A stretch of DNA of 64,000 nucleotides from an uncultured Gammaproteobacteria bacterium. Its GTDB lineage: Bacteria > Pseudomonadota > Gammaproteobacteria > DRLM01. The stretch covers positions 288,001-352,000 of the forward strand of contig CAVSNY010000002.1 of assembly GCA_963729605.1 (NCBI GenBank), given 5' to 3'. The notes beneath the pieces were generated by a model that made no database searches, had not been told where the DNA came from, and saw only the letters and a program-made list of their open reading frames with translations. Shown here in pieces: positions 27,676-38,999 of this stretch. Each line of letters starts with the position of its first letter. Positions within the stretch are counted from its first letter, which is position 1. Position numbers and translations under genes: made by a program.

Positions 27676-28221
27676 ATGAAGAAAACCCTGCTGACGGTTT
27701 CCCTGTTTTCATTGATGCTCGCCGCGTGTGGCAAGCAAGATGAACAGCAGCCCCAGGTCGCGCCGGCGACGACGGAAACCCCCTCCTCCGAGGTCAGCCA
27801 GCCGGTGTCCCCGGCCCCGCCGGTGGTAGAGGACGGCGGCGCCGACCCGTCCGCCGCGCCGCTGTCCGAAGACGCCGCGGTGGAAGGTGCGGCGCCACCC
27901 GCTCCACCGGCGGCCGAGGCGGAGCCGGCCCCGCCGCCGGTTCCGGCGATCATGAGTCAAGACGACGCGCTGGTGCTGGCCAACCGCAGCGGTTGTCTGG
28001 CCTGTCACGCGGTATACAAAAAGGTAGTGGGGCCGGCCTGGCAAGATGTCGCCGCGCGTTATCGCGATAAAGACGTGCGGGCCCAGCTCATCGAAAAAGT
28101 CAGGAATGGCGGGACGGGCAACTGGACGGACGTGACGGGTGGAATTCCCATGCCGCCGTATTCGCCGCGCGTGACGGACGTCGACATCGAGAGGCTGGTC
28201 GATTTTATATTATCGCTATGA
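27676..28221 (+). CDS. Lipoprotein cytochrome c with Pro/Ala/Glu-rich linker
   Basis: AAGGAG RBS, lipobox LAAC, low-complexity linker, CLACH; paralogue of 17396..17743. Confidence 0.9.
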   Translation: MKKTLLTVSLFSLMLAACGKQDEQQPQVAPATTETPSSEVSQPVSPAPPVVEDGGADPSAAPLSEDAAVEGAAPPAPPAAEAEPAPPPVPAIMSQDDALVLANRSGCLACHAVYKKVVGPAWQDVAARYRDKDVRAQLIEKVRNGGTGNWTDVTGGIPMPPYSPRVTDVDIERLVDFILSL

Positions 28222-28265
28222 CGCCGGTTGCCGGGTATGAGATTGAGTAAAGCCGGTCGTCGTAT

Positions 28266-28406
28266 TTAATGGCGGGGAAGTTTGTTTTTTTCTTCCCTGT
28301 CTTCGGGACGGGCCTCGCCCCGGTAAATTTGAATGGTGAGATAAATCGTCAGGGCAACGGCGATGGTCCCTACGACTATGACCATGGTGGTAATGATCGA
28401 CGCCAT
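28266..28406 (-). CDS. Small 46-aa single-pass membrane protein (not in the ORF track)
   Basis: AAAGGAG RBS; MASIITTMVIVVGTIAVALTIYLTIQIYRGEARPEDREEKNKLPRH. Confidence 0.65.
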   Translation of the reverse strand: MASIITTMVIVVGTIAVALTIYLTIQIYRGEARPEDREEKNKLPRH

Positions 28407-28515
28407 GAATGTTCACTCCTTTAAGGTTGTTGACACCTGCCGGGGTTCACCTTTGTAAAGCGCGCTTTCATCTTAGCACCAGATGAAAATCTTTTGCTGA
28501 AATTGATGGGTGATC

Positions 28516-29040
28516 TCACTTCGACGCCGGCAGGGCGGCGGCCCGCAGCAAACCGGCCACGGTCTTGGCGTCGCGCAGGGTGCCGTCCAGCGCCCATTGT
28601 CGAGCGGTGGACCAGCTTATCCAATGGCGTTCGATGAATTCATGGGCCTCGGGGCGAGGCGGTACGGCCTCCAGCCCGCGGGCGAGAAAAAGCTGGATGA
28701 CCTCGTCGCAAAAACCGGGTGTGGTGAGCAGGTCGCCCAATGCCAGCCACTCGATCGCGCGCAAGCCGGCTTCCTCCTCCAGTTCGCGTTGCGCGGTGAG
28801 CAGCGGCGCTTCGCCGCCGTCGCGTTTACCCGCGGGCAATTCCCAGATCCAACCGCCGGCGGCGTGGCGGTATTGCCGCAGCAGGCACACGCGCTGTTGA
28901 TCATCGACGGCCACCACCGCGGCGCCGCCGCGATGACGGATGATTTCCAAACTGATATCGCGGCCATCGGGTAAGCGGGCGGTTTCCAAACCGAGATCCA
29001 CCACGCTGCCGCTGTAGAGGATGCGGCGTTGTCCGGTCAT
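28516..29040 (-). CDS. NUDIX hydrolase (ADP-ribose pyrophosphatase-like)
   Basis: RQYRH and WELPAGK..AQRELEEEAG Nudix box, DAKT. Confidence 0.92.
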   Translation of the reverse strand: MTGQRRILYSGSVVDLGLETARLPDGRDISLEIIRHRGGAAVVAVDDQQRVCLLRQYRHAAGGWIWELPAGKRDGGEAPLLTAQRELEEEAGLRAIEWLALGDLLTTPGFCDEVIQLFLARGLEAVPPRPEAHEFIERHWISWSTARQWALDGTLRDAKTVAGLLRAAALPASK

Positions 29041-29078
29041 GGGTTCCTCCTCGCCTGTCCGGCGCCGAATGGATTTGA

Positions 29079-29227
29079 GGAAGCGCTGAATAATTCCATC
29101 GTGGAATTTTCAGGGCACGAGAAGCGAAAAGGTGATTTTCGCTTCCCTGCATTTTCAATGGCTGACACCATCGAAAATGGCGGCACCTCCGTGTGCCGCG
29201 GGAACCTCTGACTAAATCAGAGGCTCC
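29079..29227 (-). mobile_element. MITE copy 4 (inverted)
   Basis: GGAAGCGCTGAATAATTC...AAATCAGAGGCTCC with a perfect TTGA direct repeat on both sides. Confidence 0.88.
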
Positions 29228-29237
29228 TTGACTGATT

Positions 29238-30347
29238 TTAAGGAACACCCCGCGCCGTGTTTCCGCGCAGGGCGGCGCGTAAATAATCCGACAGCCGCGC
29301 GACCGCTTCTTCGATGCCGCTGGGCGCGGGTGGCGCGACGGCGGGCAGATCAAGCAGTTGTCGCAATGCTTCGGCGAGATCGCCTTCCGCCAATGCGCGC
29401 GGTGTGACGGCCCGGCCGCGGCCGCGGCGATGCAGCCATTCCACCAGACACGCCGCCTCGGGCCAATCGTCGCGCGGCACATATAATACGGGGACGCCGT
29501 TGCAGACCGCCTCGCTGAAACTGCCGTAGCCGGGTTTGGTCAGCAAGGCGTCGCTGCTGAGCAGCGTGTCCACGAAGTCGAAACCCAGCGATTCAAAGGC
29601 GACCATGTCGGCGCGCGGCGCGTGCCAGCTCTGCGGGACGATCCAATGCAGTCCCGGCCGCCGCGGCCAGCGGCTCGCGTCCACCTGCATAGGAATGCCG
29701 CCCAGCGACACCAGCACGAAGGTGTCGTCCTCGGCCGCGCCGCAACGGGCCGCCAATTCGGCGCGGCGCGGCGTCCCGAGGCGGGCGATGGGGCCGATGG
29801 CGCGGCGGTTGGCGAGATCGCTCATGGGCATGCTCGGCGCAGGTTGTAAAAACAGTTCCGCGTCGTGATAGGCGGCGAGTATCTGGTCGAGGATGGCCGG
29901 TGCCTCGGGGCGGTGGCCGCAGACATGGCGGTACACATCGGCCCAATTCAGCGAACAGAGGGCCAGCGCCGGAATGCCCGCCTGTTTCGCCGCGGCGAGC
30001 AGGCGGTAGGGCGCATTGGCGAAGACCAGATCGGGCGCGAGCTCCGCCAACCATCGCGCCTCCGCCGCGACCTCGCGCTGCCAGTGTCGATGAAAATCTC
30101 GATAGGCCGCGGCGCTGGCGGCGACGTCCACCGACAAGGCGTCGTTCATCAGCATGCCCACGTCCGGCGCCCGGTCGATGAGGGTGAATTCACCGGCGAT
30201 GCGTTTGGCGAGCAGCGCGCGCGGCAGCGTGGTGTACAGCGTCAAACGCAATCCGGGAAGGCGGTGCCGCAAGGCATTCAGCACCGGCGCGGTCTGCGCC
30301 AGATGGCCGTAGCCGTGGGCGGTGATGGCGGCGAGCAGATGGGACAT
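29238..30347 (-). CDS. GT-B fold glycosyltransferase-like protein
   Basis: ITAHGYGHL, VSLGG, TKPGYGSFSEA and WPE motifs. Confidence 0.75.
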   Translation of the reverse strand: MSHLLAAITAHGYGHLAQTAPVLNALRHRLPGLRLTLYTTLPRALLAKRIAGEFTLIDRAPDVGMLMNDALSVDVAASAAAYRDFHRHWQREVAAEARWLAELAPDLVFANAPYRLLAAAKQAGIPALALCSLNWADVYRHVCGHRPEAPAILDQILAAYHDAELFLQPAPSMPMSDLANRRAIGPIARLGTPRRAELAARCGAAEDDTFVLVSLGGIPMQVDASRWPRRPGLHWIVPQSWHAPRADMVAFESLGFDFVDTLLSSDALLTKPGYGSFSEAVCNGVPVLYVPRDDWPEAACLVEWLHRRGRGRAVTPRALAEGDLAEALRQLLDLPAVAPPAPSGIEEAVARLSDYLRAALRGNTARGVP

Positions 30348-30356
30348 TTTCGTGGC

Positions 30357-30836
30357 TCAGTTGCAATCGGTGGTGATGGCATGCACCTGAAAACCGATGG
30401 CGTGCTCTTGCCGGCGCGTGACCACCATGTGATAGGGCTGACTCAATGCCTGGGTGGTGATACAACCCGCGCCGGGACTGGTGAGATCGAGATGCGCGGT
30501 CAATGCGCCAGCGACGTTACTTAGTTTGCCGATGCGCAGCGCAACGCCGCCGCGGGTGCGCTGACCGAGAAAGGCGGCGATGACCATGTCGCGCTCAAAG
30601 TCGATTTGCGGCAGCGCGGGAGGCGGTTCCTCCATCGCGGTGTGTTCGCGCCAGAGGGCGGCCAGTGAAGCGGCATCGCGTATCACTTCGAAGCGTTGCG
30701 AAATCACGCCGCTCGAATCGCCTTGCGCGAGCGTGTTGAGCGGCGCCTCCGCCGCGCCGCTCTCGTTGATCAAACAGCCGGCCAGCGGCAAGCTGAGCGC
30801 GGCGCCGAAGACCATGAACAAGAATCGGTGTTTCAT
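30357..30836 (-). CDS. PrcB C-terminal domain lipoprotein
   Basis: Lipobox LAGC; P.IDF..MVIAAFLGQR..GG and TQALSQPYH motifs. Confidence 0.8.
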   Translation of the reverse strand: MKHRFLFMVFGAALSLPLAGCLINESGAAEAPLNTLAQGDSSGVISQRFEVIRDAASLAALWREHTAMEEPPPALPQIDFERDMVIAAFLGQRTRGGVALRIGKLSNVAGALTAHLDLTSPGAGCITTQALSQPYHMVVTRRQEHAIGFQVHAITTDCN

Positions 30837-30844
30837 GTATTTGC

Positions 30845-31759
30845 TCACCGTAGCCACGCGTACCAAAGCGGCAGGGTAAACAAACTCAGGGCGGTGGACA
30901 AGGTGACGGTGGTGGCGTAGAGCTGCGTGTCCAGACGGTAGCGATCGCACAATACCAGGCCCAGCACCATGCAGGGCATGGCCGCTTCCAACACGGTGGC
31001 GACGAGCAGATCACCGCCGAGTCCCAGACCGACGGCCACGCCCCACGCCACCAAGGGCATGAACAGCAGTTGAATGATCAGCACCGGCACCACCAGCGGC
31101 AGGCGTTGCAGATAATGCGGATCCCAGGTGAGGGCCATGCCCAGCGAGATGAGCATCAAGGGCACCACGCCGTTGGCGAGGGTTTGCAACCATTGCTCCA
31201 GGCCCGCCGGCAGCGGCACGTTCGCGCCGTTGAGCGTGAGGGCGGCCACCGCCGCCCACAGCGGCGGCACTTTGAGCAGACCCACGAAGGGATTTTCGCG
31301 TTCCTCATGCGCGCCGTAGGCGCGCGCGATGAGGATGCCGACGGTCAGCAGCAGGGGTGTGCAGGCGAACAAATCATATTGAATCGCGACGCCGCGCGCC
31401 CACGGCCCGAAGGTTTTTTCCAATACCGGCAGACCGAGATAGGTGACGTTGGGAAAGGCGGCGGCGAGCAGCATGGCGCCGGTGATGGTCTTGGGCGTGG
31501 CGTGCAGGCGATAGGCGAGGTAGGCGGCGGCCAGTCCCGCCAGCACGCCGCTGGCGGCGACCGCGGCGATGCGCAGCGCGTCCCAACTCAGCGGCGCGCG
31601 CCACAACACCAGCAACACCAGCGCCGGCAGCAATACGCTGTACACCAGACCGGTGAGCACCCGCCGCGCGGTGTCGGCGCTCAGCCCCGGCGGTTTGATA
31701 TAGCGCCAAGCGACGCCGCAGGCGATGAGCGCCGCCATTTGAATAAGGACTTGTTGCAT
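30845..31759 (-). CDS. AEC family transporter
   Basis: About 10 TM helices; FPNVTYLGLPVL and VLEAAMP motifs. Confidence 0.9.
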   Translation of the reverse strand: MQQVLIQMAALIACGVAWRYIKPPGLSADTARRVLTGLVYSVLLPALVLLVLWRAPLSWDALRIAAVAASGVLAGLAAAYLAYRLHATPKTITGAMLLAAAFPNVTYLGLPVLEKTFGPWARGVAIQYDLFACTPLLLTVGILIARAYGAHEERENPFVGLLKVPPLWAAVAALTLNGANVPLPAGLEQWLQTLANGVVPLMLISLGMALTWDPHYLQRLPLVVPVLIIQLLFMPLVAWGVAVGLGLGGDLLVATVLEAAMPCMVLGLVLCDRYRLDTQLYATTVTLSTALSLFTLPLWYAWLR

Positions 31760-31805
31760 GGCGGTGGGACGGGTTACGAAATAAAGAGGAGAGTGCCCGC
31801 ACGCG

Positions 31806-32612
31806 TCAACGCGCGCGGTCGCCGAGTTTGAGCGTGCGTTGCGTGAAATCCGCGTCGGTCAGGCCCACGTTCACTTCGACGTTGCGCATGTCGTAGACGG
31901 CGGAGCCCGGGTTGCGGCTGTTGTTCACCACCACCGTGCGCCAGACCCAGGCGTCTTTGACCCGCTCCCATTTCATGAACTGGCTCTTTATCAAATCGCC
32001 GCGTTTATCGTAATAATCGACGCGCCGTTGCAGACAATCCTGCCAATCATCCGCCTTGCTGAACCACGAGACCCGTTTGCCGTAGGTGGGATCTTGTTTG
32101 GGAATGCTTTCCACCAGGTAATAGTCGCCGCCCTCGAAACGCGCCACTTCCTTGAAGACATGTTCGTCCTCATCGAGGGCGCGGATGCGCAGGTCCTCGT
32201 CGGTGAAACCCCAGTCCATGTTGTTGGGATCGCGTTGCGAGACGCGCCGCACCATGCGCATCTCCGGCAGATAGACCCACTGGTCGGCGTTTTTTTTCAG
32301 ATCGCTGTAGGCCCAGCGCATGAAGTTGACGCCTTTGCTGTCCGGCGGGAATTGCGTAAAGAGGATCACCTTGTCTTCGATGCCGTCCTTGCCCGCGTAG
32401 TTTTTCCACAAGCGCAGGTATTCGCTCTTGACCTTTTTACCGTTTTTATCGGTGAGGGCGATCATCAATTGGGAACGTTGATCGTCGCCGGCGTATTTGT
32501 AATAACAATGTTTGACGATCTCCGCGCCGCTCAGGGCGGGTTGATCGGCGCGGACGGGAGAGGCGATGACGGTCAGGGCCAGTAAACAAAATAAAACGCT
32601 GCGCGGGTACAT
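31806..32612 (-). CDS. Outer membrane lipoprotein-sorting (LolA-like) protein
   Basis: Signal peptide; F..P.D.KG..F, DQWVYLP..R.VRRV and N.GL.DA.FT.R.L motifs. Confidence 0.82.
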   Translation of the reverse strand: MYPRSVLFCLLALTVIASPVRADQPALSGAEIVKHCYYKYAGDDQRSQLMIALTDKNGKKVKSEYLRLWKNYAGKDGIEDKVILFTQFPPDSKGVNFMRWAYSDLKKNADQWVYLPEMRMVRRVSQRDPNNMDWGFTDEDLRIRALDEDEHVFKEVARFEGGDYYLVESIPKQDPTYGKRVSWFSKADDWQDCLQRRVDYYDKRGDLIKSQFMKWERVKDAWVWRTVVVNNSRNPGSAVYDMRNVEVNVGLTDADFTQRTLKLGDRAR

Positions 32613-32782
32613 TGATCGGACTGCCTTGGTTGATTCATCGTTCGGGCGGTACGGATCCGCATCGCGCGCGATTCGCGGCGCCCCGCCGGTAGGCACTTTA
32701 ACGTATCGGCGCGGTTCCGGCATCTGCCGCGCGCCCGCGGCGGAGTGAAGTCGCCGCCCGCCCATCGGCATTATCGATCCCA

Positions 32783-35497
<2,715 letters not shown>

Positions 35498-35758
35498 GAC
35501 TGAAATTTCCCGGCCTGTGGTGTTCCAGCCGCAAGGCACGCCGCGTGCGCGGCGCCGGGTTGCGGGGAAGGCGTGTGTTGGCTCAGTGCGCGTCTTCATT
35601 CTGCCACAAGCCTGGTGTCGTAGTCGGGCGCCCCTCGTTTTTTAAATTTAAAGAGCGTGGACGGTTTGGATGACGCCGGGCTTTTGTTGCAGCCGAGCCC
35701 TGCCCTTATGTTGAGCTTTGCGGGCGGTGACGGTTTAATGTGTCAGACTTGAAATTAG

Positions 35759-35905
35759 GGAGCCTCTGATTTATTCACAGGTTCCCGCGGCACATGGATG
35801 TGCGGTCATTTTCAGGTGTCATCCATTGAAAATGCAGGGCGGCGAAAATCAGATTTTCGCTGCCCGCGCCCTGAAAATTCCAGGATGGAATTATTCAGAG
35901 CCTCC
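35759..35905 (+). mobile_element. MITE copy 5
   Basis: GGAGCCTCTGATTTATTC...GAATTATTCAGAGCCTCC with a perfect TTAG direct repeat on both sides. Confidence 0.9.
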
Positions 35906-35935
35906 TTAGCATTGTCCGCTTGCCGAGGTGCCCGG

Positions 35936-36442
35936 ATGAAACATGTGTTGGTGATACGCCATGCCATCGCGCAGGACCGCGAGGTCGCCGCCGCTAATGG
36001 GGTGAGCGACGCGGAACGCGCGCTGACCGGGAAAGGCCGCCAACGCATGAGCGAGGCGGCGCGCGGCCTCGCGATCCTCGTGCCGGAACTCGAGCTGATA
36101 CTCTCCAGCCCGCTGCGGCGGGCGCGGCAAACCGCGGAGATCGTCGCCGAGGCCTACGCCGGTTTGGCCGTGGAAGAGACCGCGGCGCTGAGTCCCGGCG
36201 CGCCGCCTGGGTCGTTGTACCGGCGGTTGGCGGCCGGTCCGCGCTGCGTGGCCGTCGTCGGTCACGAGCCCGATCTGGGCGAATGGGTCAGCCGTTCGCT
36301 GGTCCGCGGCCGGTCCGCGTTCATTCAATTCAAGAAAGGCGGCGCCTGCCTGTTGACCTTCCCCGCCGCTCCCCAACCCGCTCAGGCCGAGCTGCGCTGG
36401 TTTTGTCCGCCGGCCATCTTGCGTCGGTTGACCAGGCGATGA
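35936..36442 (+). CDS. sixA: SixA-like phosphohistidine phosphatase
   Basis: IRHAIA, R.LT.KG, SSPLRRARQTA and VGHEP motifs. Confidence 0.88.
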   Translation: MKHVLVIRHAIAQDREVAAANGVSDAERALTGKGRQRMSEAARGLAILVPELELILSSPLRRARQTAEIVAEAYAGLAVEETAALSPGAPPGSLYRRLAAGPRCVAVVGHEPDLGEWVSRSLVRGRSAFIQFKKGGACLLTFPAAPQPAQAELRWFCPPAILRRLTRR

Positions 36443-37455
36443 CGAAGGCGGCGGCCGCGTACGCCTTGTTGAAAACGCCGGCCGGGATGGCGGTGAGGCG
36501 CCATGCCCTCGAACTCATGCGGCGTATCGATCGGGCCCACGCGCGTTGGCGGGTGTCGCCGGACCAAGAGGCTTTGCACGATTTTCGTGTCGCCGTGCGC
36601 CGCCTGCGCAGCTGGCTCGAGGCTTACGAGGAAGAGGTCCCGCTCCCGTCCAAGCTGTATGGCAAACTGCGCCGCTTGGCGCGTGAAACCAATCGCGCCC
36701 GCGATGCCGACGTGGCGCTGGCTTGGTTGCAGGCGCACCGGGCGCAACTCAAAACCGGCGAACGCCACGGTTGGCGCTGGCTGCTGGACCGCTATCGGCA
36801 AGAGCGGGACGATGAACACGCGCGTTTGCGCGCAACACTTTCCAAGCGGTGGGAACGAATGGAACACCGGCTGAAATCCGCCTTGGCGGACCACCCCGTC
36901 GCGCAACATGAACGTTATGCCGAGCGCTGCGCGGCGCGCCTCGATGTTTATTATGAAAGGTTGACCGGGCATTTGAACGCCGTGCGCGGCGTGGAGGAGG
37001 ACGAGGCGATCCACCATGCCCGCATCGCCGCCAAGCGTTTGCGTTATCTGCTCGAACCCGTGGGTCCCGCCCTGCCCGCGGCGCGGGCCATGCTCGCGCG
37101 CTTGACGGATCTGCAAGACCGGCTCGGTCGTATGCATGACATGAACGTGTTGCATAATCGCCTGGGGGAGGCCGTGGTCGAGGCCGCGGCGGCGCACGCG
37201 CGGACGTGTTTGCGCGCGGCGCTGGCGCCGTCCGGCGCGGCGGACTTAAAAAATCTGCGGCGGCGCGATCCACTGCCGGGCTTGATCGCCCTGGCCTGTT
37301 TGGCGCGGCGGGAGGCGTGCACGGGTTATGTGAATTACACCGGCGATTTTGAGCGGGGTGACGGTGAGGCGCCGTTTTTCAAAAGAGACATGGACCCGTT
37401 GCGCGCCGCGCTGTTAGGGTTGCCGGTCAGGAATGACGCGTCCCTTGTCGAATGA
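36439..37455 (+). CDS. CHAD domain protein
   Basis: EALHDFRVAVRRLRS, ARDADV, HHARIAAKRLRY and LQDRLG..HD motifs. Confidence 0.92.
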   Translation: MTKAAAAYALLKTPAGMAVRRHALELMRRIDRAHARWRVSPDQEALHDFRVAVRRLRSWLEAYEEEVPLPSKLYGKLRRLARETNRARDADVALAWLQAHRAQLKTGERHGWRWLLDRYRQERDDEHARLRATLSKRWERMEHRLKSALADHPVAQHERYAERCAARLDVYYERLTGHLNAVRGVEEDEAIHHARIAAKRLRYLLEPVGPALPAARAMLARLTDLQDRLGRMHDMNVLHNRLGEAVVEAAAAHARTCLRAALAPSGAADLKNLRRRDPLPGLIALACLARREACTGYVNYTGDFERGDGEAPFFKRDMDPLRAALLGLPVRNDASLVE

Positions 37456-37497
37456 TGCCGAATGATTGTTCGGCACGGTTGTTATAGGAGCTAGGAA

Positions 37498-38997
37498 ATG
37501 ATGTCACGCCAGCCCAGTGAGATTGTCGCCGCTGTTGACTTGGGTTCGAACAGTTTTCATATGATCGTCGCCCGCGACGTGCAAGGCGACGTCAAGGTGC
37601 TCGATCGTCTGCGCGAGCCGGTGCGGCTCGGCGCCGGCTTCGACGCCGAGCAGAATCTCAGCGACGAGATGCAGCGGCGCGCCCTCGATTGTCTGCAACG
37701 CTTCGGTCAGCGTTTGCGCGACCTGCCGCCCGGCAGCGTGCGCGCCGTGGGCACCAATGCCTTGCGCCAAGCGGCCAACGCCGGTGAATTTCTCGCGCGG
37801 GCCGAGCAGGCCTTGGGCCATCCCATCGGCATCATCGCCGGCGCCGAGGAGGCGCGGCTGATTTATCTGGGCGTGGCCCACAGCCTGGCCGCCGACGACA
37901 AACCGCGTTTGGTGGTCGATATCGGCGGCGGCAGCACCGAGATCATCATCGGCGCGGGGTTTACGCCGCGCCACATGGAAAGCCTGGACATGGGCTGCGT
38001 CTCCGTGAGCCAGCGTTTTTTCGCCGATGGAACGATCAGCGCGCGGGCGGTGGAGCGCGCCTTGATGACGGCGCGTCTGGAACTCGAACCGGTAGAGGCG
38101 AGCTTTCGCGACCTGGGCTGGGTCAACGCGGTGGGCGCGTCGGGGACGATCCGCGCCGCGCACGGCATCGTGACCGCGGCGGGTTGGAGCAGCGACACCC
38201 TCAATCGCGGCGCCTTGCGCAAGTTGCTCGATGCGATGATCGACGCCGGTCATGTGAATAAGCTGACCGTGCCGGGACTCAGCGCCGAACGGGCGCCGGT
38301 GTTGCCCGGCGGGGTGGTGATCCTGCTCGCCATCTTCGAGGCCCTCGACATCAAACAGATGGGCGTGGCCAAAGGGGCTTTGCGGGAAGGCGTGCTCTAC
38401 GACCTGCTGGGCCGCATCCATGACCACGATGTGCGCGGCGACAGCGTGGCCAGTCTGGCCCGCCGCCATCATGTCGCCGCCGAACACGCGCAACGGGTGC
38501 GGCAGACCGCCAAGCAGTGCCTGGCGCAAGTCGAATCGGCCTGGGGTTTCGTCGATCACGAGATCAGCCGATGGCTGGACTGGGCGGCGCAGCTGCACGA
38601 GATCGGCTTGAACGTCAGTCATAATCAATATCAGCAGCACGGCGCCTATATCATCGAGAACGCCGACCTGGCGGGGTTTTCCGCGCAGGAGCAAAAATTA
38701 TTGGCCTTGCTGGTGCGCGCCCATCGCCGCAAATTTCCCGTCAAGTTTTTCAAGGATATTCCCGACGGCACGGCGCGGCTGATGCAGCGCCTGGCGATCC
38801 TGCTGCGTCTGGCGGTGTTGTTGCGGCGCGGCCGCAGCGCCGGGTCGTTGCCCAAATTCACCCTGGAGGCCGGTAAAAAAAGTCTGGATATCCTTTTTCC
38901 AGCGGGCTGGTTGGACGCCCATCCTTTGACGCGCGGCGATTTGGAGCAGGAAGCGAGTTATCTCGAAGCGGTGGGATTCGAACTGCGTTACCGCTGA
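37498..38997 (+). CDS. ppx: Exopolyphosphatase
   Basis: AVDLGSNSFHM, DIGGGSTE, ALREG and LHEIG motifs. Confidence 0.95.
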   Translation: MMSRQPSEIVAAVDLGSNSFHMIVARDVQGDVKVLDRLREPVRLGAGFDAEQNLSDEMQRRALDCLQRFGQRLRDLPPGSVRAVGTNALRQAANAGEFLARAEQALGHPIGIIAGAEEARLIYLGVAHSLAADDKPRLVVDIGGGSTEIIIGAGFTPRHMESLDMGCVSVSQRFFADGTISARAVERALMTARLELEPVEASFRDLGWVNAVGASGTIRAAHGIVTAAGWSSDTLNRGALRKLLDAMIDAGHVNKLTVPGLSAERAPVLPGGVVILLAIFEALDIKQMGVAKGALREGVLYDLLGRIHDHDVRGDSVASLARRHHVAAEHAQRVRQTAKQCLAQVESAWGFVDHEISRWLDWAAQLHEIGLNVSHNQYQQHGAYIIENADLAGFSAQEQKLLALLVRAHRRKFPVKFFKDIPDGTARLMQRLAILLRLAVLLRRGRSAGSLPKFTLEAGKKSLDILFPAGWLDAHPLTRGDLEQEASYLEAVGFELRYR

Positions 38998-38999
38998 AC

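Noticed and set aside
19779-29482. Similar peptides (GSE.HLFA.RA.KIP.WNYS.LP) in ORFs 19779..20612 and 28901..29482
   Set aside because: These are translations of the MITE sequence, not a protein family
35534-35548. Sigma54-like AGGCAC-N7-GC
   Set aside because: Lacks TGG and TTGC context, has no IHF site, and lies 400 nt from the nearest same-strand gene
35798-35935. N-terminal extensions in the ORF track (sixA, folE, arsC, lexA, ATPase, 31806..33311)
   Set aside because: They run through MITEs, promoters or neighbouring genes; downstream starts match the family N-termini
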